Positions 61,524 through 64,000 of a DNA stretch of 64,000 bases are shown one piece after another (the stretch's first letter is position 1; each line of letters begins with the position of its first letter). The translations under genes were made by a program, and so were the position numbers. The notes under the pieces are model-generated. The model saw nothing but the letters and a program-made list of their open reading frames with translations. It did no database searches and was not told where the DNA came from. This stretch comes from Bigelowiella natans CCMP2755 (lineage: Eukaryota > Protista > Cercozoa). The DNA lies in the NCBI GenBank assembly GCA_000320545.1, contig ADNK01003343.1:23991-87990 (forward strand), in the 5' to 3' direction.

Positions 61524-63396
61524 GAATACAATTTTGATATTGCAGGTGATCCGAATGAAATTCAGCGCTGGAAGGGACTACCTCGCATTGCAAGTGAACA
61601 TAAGGGAAGTAAAGGTATTGCGGTGTGTGTTTGTAACACCATTGTTGCGTGCTGCGCTGTCTCGACGCTCCTGTCATCTCTGGCTAAATTCTCATTGCAG
61701 TTGATCAACATGCCTCAAACAGGTGGTGGACATTGCAAGAGGAAGATTGGTGGCAGCTAGGTAGTCTTCGATGCTAGATGTCAAGTCAATGGAACAAGTG
61801 TGAATTATGTCTACAGATGATACTATACTTCTGCCCATATCATCATGATTATTATCGGTACATCATCATCATTATTTATCATCATCATGGTCAGGTCCTG
61901 TCGTTCGCATAAGTCAAGGATTACCAACATTTACTGGTGCAAATGGGGGGGCACCATCGAGCAGTTGTTCCTATTCGTGACAAACACAGGTCAATCGAGT
62001 TTCGTAACACTGACTCTTTAGCGTCATACACACACATGCACGCACACACGCGCGCGTGCATCATTGGACAGCAAAGTACTAACAATTCTTTGGAACGTCG
62101 TAGGCGCGGAGCTATATGTGCTGAAGCCAAAACCACAGGTTGCGTTGACTAAGTGCGGATGTATTTGATGACATAAATGATAGTGGTGGTGATGATGATG
62201 ATGATGATGATGATGACGATGATATCGATGATAAATAATAGCACCCTCGATCGATTGACCACATGCTTAATGTGGTATCATTATGCATATTCTGTTCGCT
62301 ATTTATTGCTCTTTTTCTGCGATATGTATTGATTGTTTGATGTTGTTAATAATCAGGATTCTACTCTTAAGCATCTTAAGACTGTCCAGCACCAAACCAG
62401 GTGTGAGGGAGAACGAGTCAATCAATCAATCAATCAATAAAGCACAACTTTTCATATGGCTTGTGCGCGCGCGCGCGCGTGTGTGTGTCTGTCAACACAA
62501 GAATAATCGGAAGCTGCTGTTTCATCTTATTATAATCTAGCATCATCATCATCATCATCATCATTAAAACTAACAGTTGTTGAATTGTCTGTCAACTCAT
62601 AATAGATATCACTGGTTCGTCAACTCATCGAATTGGTAAGAATAACTAACTAACTGCGAATTCGCTCGTGGTGGTACGTTATCGTCCTTGCGGTGAATTG
62701 CGACCTTAGACATGAAATCAGCAAATTCAATTGATTCAATAAACTGGAGAAGATCACCAGTCCCTTGGAGAGAGAAAGAGAGAGGGGGGGGAGGGAGAAG
62801 GTTAAGAACAAAAGAACGATTATGGTAATAGTAATTGCGAGCCAATAAGCACCGGGGCATGTTCAGTTAAGAGAATATAATTTATTCTTCATCTTCAGGC
62901 TGCTTGTGGTTGATTTGAAGCACATCTTCTCCCTTTACAACGTCACGCCAAAGGTGGTGGTGAAATATCAGCTGTTTCTGAGAGACACCATCATCCCAAT
63001 AGCAGCATAGCGACAGCACAACACTGCTCTGGTAGAGGTGTTATTGCGGCACTCTGATGATGATAATGATGATGATAATGATGATGATTACTATAAAGGG
63101 GCTGGTCCGCAAGTGTAAATTCGAGCTGAATTGCCGCGGCACCAACTACAATAAGAACGATGCATATTATGAGCAGGTGTGACGAATGGATGAATGGATG
63201 CGCCATAGAAAGCAACACGCACAACACAGAACACACAACGCATCCTCCATTTGTGGGTTTCGAGAGAAACACTCGATCGTTCTCCGTTTTCTCTGCTTCC
63301 TCTTTCTTCCAACTTACCACCCCTCACTACCTACCAACTGCTGTGTGGCGTGTGACGTGCCAGCAGCCATTACTTGTTTCTCCTCTCCTGTTACGG

Positions 63397-63429
<33 letters not shown>

Positions 63430-64000
63430 TTTGTACTGCTGCTTACTCTTACCATCATTTTACACCCAACAACGGCAGATATCGTTGGTCGAGCTGTATG
63501 GCGAGGTCATGTGCGTATTCATCAATGAGCAAAAGGTGGGGAAAGTAGCAGCAGTGGTAGTAGCAGTGGTAGTAGGGAGCGACTGTAAACTGTATTTACA
63601 CACAACGCCGTGCTGATTTGGTTATCACCACCAGTCGTTGGTGACCGACATCATCGTCTCATTCTTCTTTTGGTTGTCTACACAGGGGAAGCTGTACATC
63701 CTTGGCTTGCAGAAGGTCCTAGAAGAGAGCACACACACAAACCTCGCATAAAGGGGGGAACGGGGGGGGGGGGGGGGGGAAGGATTAAACATTTTAAATT
63801 TAAAAGTCACTTTTATTATTTTTATATAAATTTACTTTGGGGGTGGTTTATTACCGTCTCCCCCACTATGTCCACTCCTTTAGTCACTGTTTATACGAAC
63901 GGAAATCTTTATACCGGTCGACGTCTCGACAGTAGCTAAATGAGATACTCTTCTCTGTTAAAGAGCATTTTTCAGCGCCCTTTCGATTCTTCCCAACACG
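60503..64000 (+). CDS. Probable regulator of MON1-CCZ1 (RMC1/Mic1-like), 5' part, spliced
   Basis: Exon peptides [43 protein letters not shown] and [15 protein letters not shown] resemble the RMC1 N-terminal propeller as I recall it; not database-verified. Confidence 0.5.

Overview
Eukaryotic, intron-rich nuclear DNA. Very short GT-AG introns, microsatellite-filled introns and a signal-peptide-plus-transit-peptide protein suggest a secondary-plastid alga such as a chlorarachniophyte (inference only). About 13 host genes, mostly in head-to-head pairs: RsuA-type pseudouridine synthase (3' part), a protein built from repeated exon+intron units, a His-rich P1B heavy-metal ATPase, an S28 carboxypeptidase, a four-domain alpha-carbonic anhydrase, a DEG/ENaC-like two-TM protein, a secreted glycoside hydrolase, FAHD1, PepD-like dipeptidase, gluconokinase, a WD40 protein, a small plastid-targeted protein and a probable RMC1 5' part. 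There are two intact young LTR retrotransposons: a Ty3/gypsy in intron 1 of the S28 gene and a Ty1/copia. The strongest unexplained signals are: (1) kilobase intergenic islands almost free of TpA, where survivors are nearly all in TAG/CTA context, suggesting a targeted A-to-G hypermutation process; (2) a very long, 10-bp-phased heat-shock-element-like array in the copia LTRs, also found as a detached fragment 22 kb away; (3) a degenerate DIRS/Dam-like adenine-methyltransferase-like domain fused after the gypsy integrase. All exon structures and counts were read by eye and need computational confirmation.
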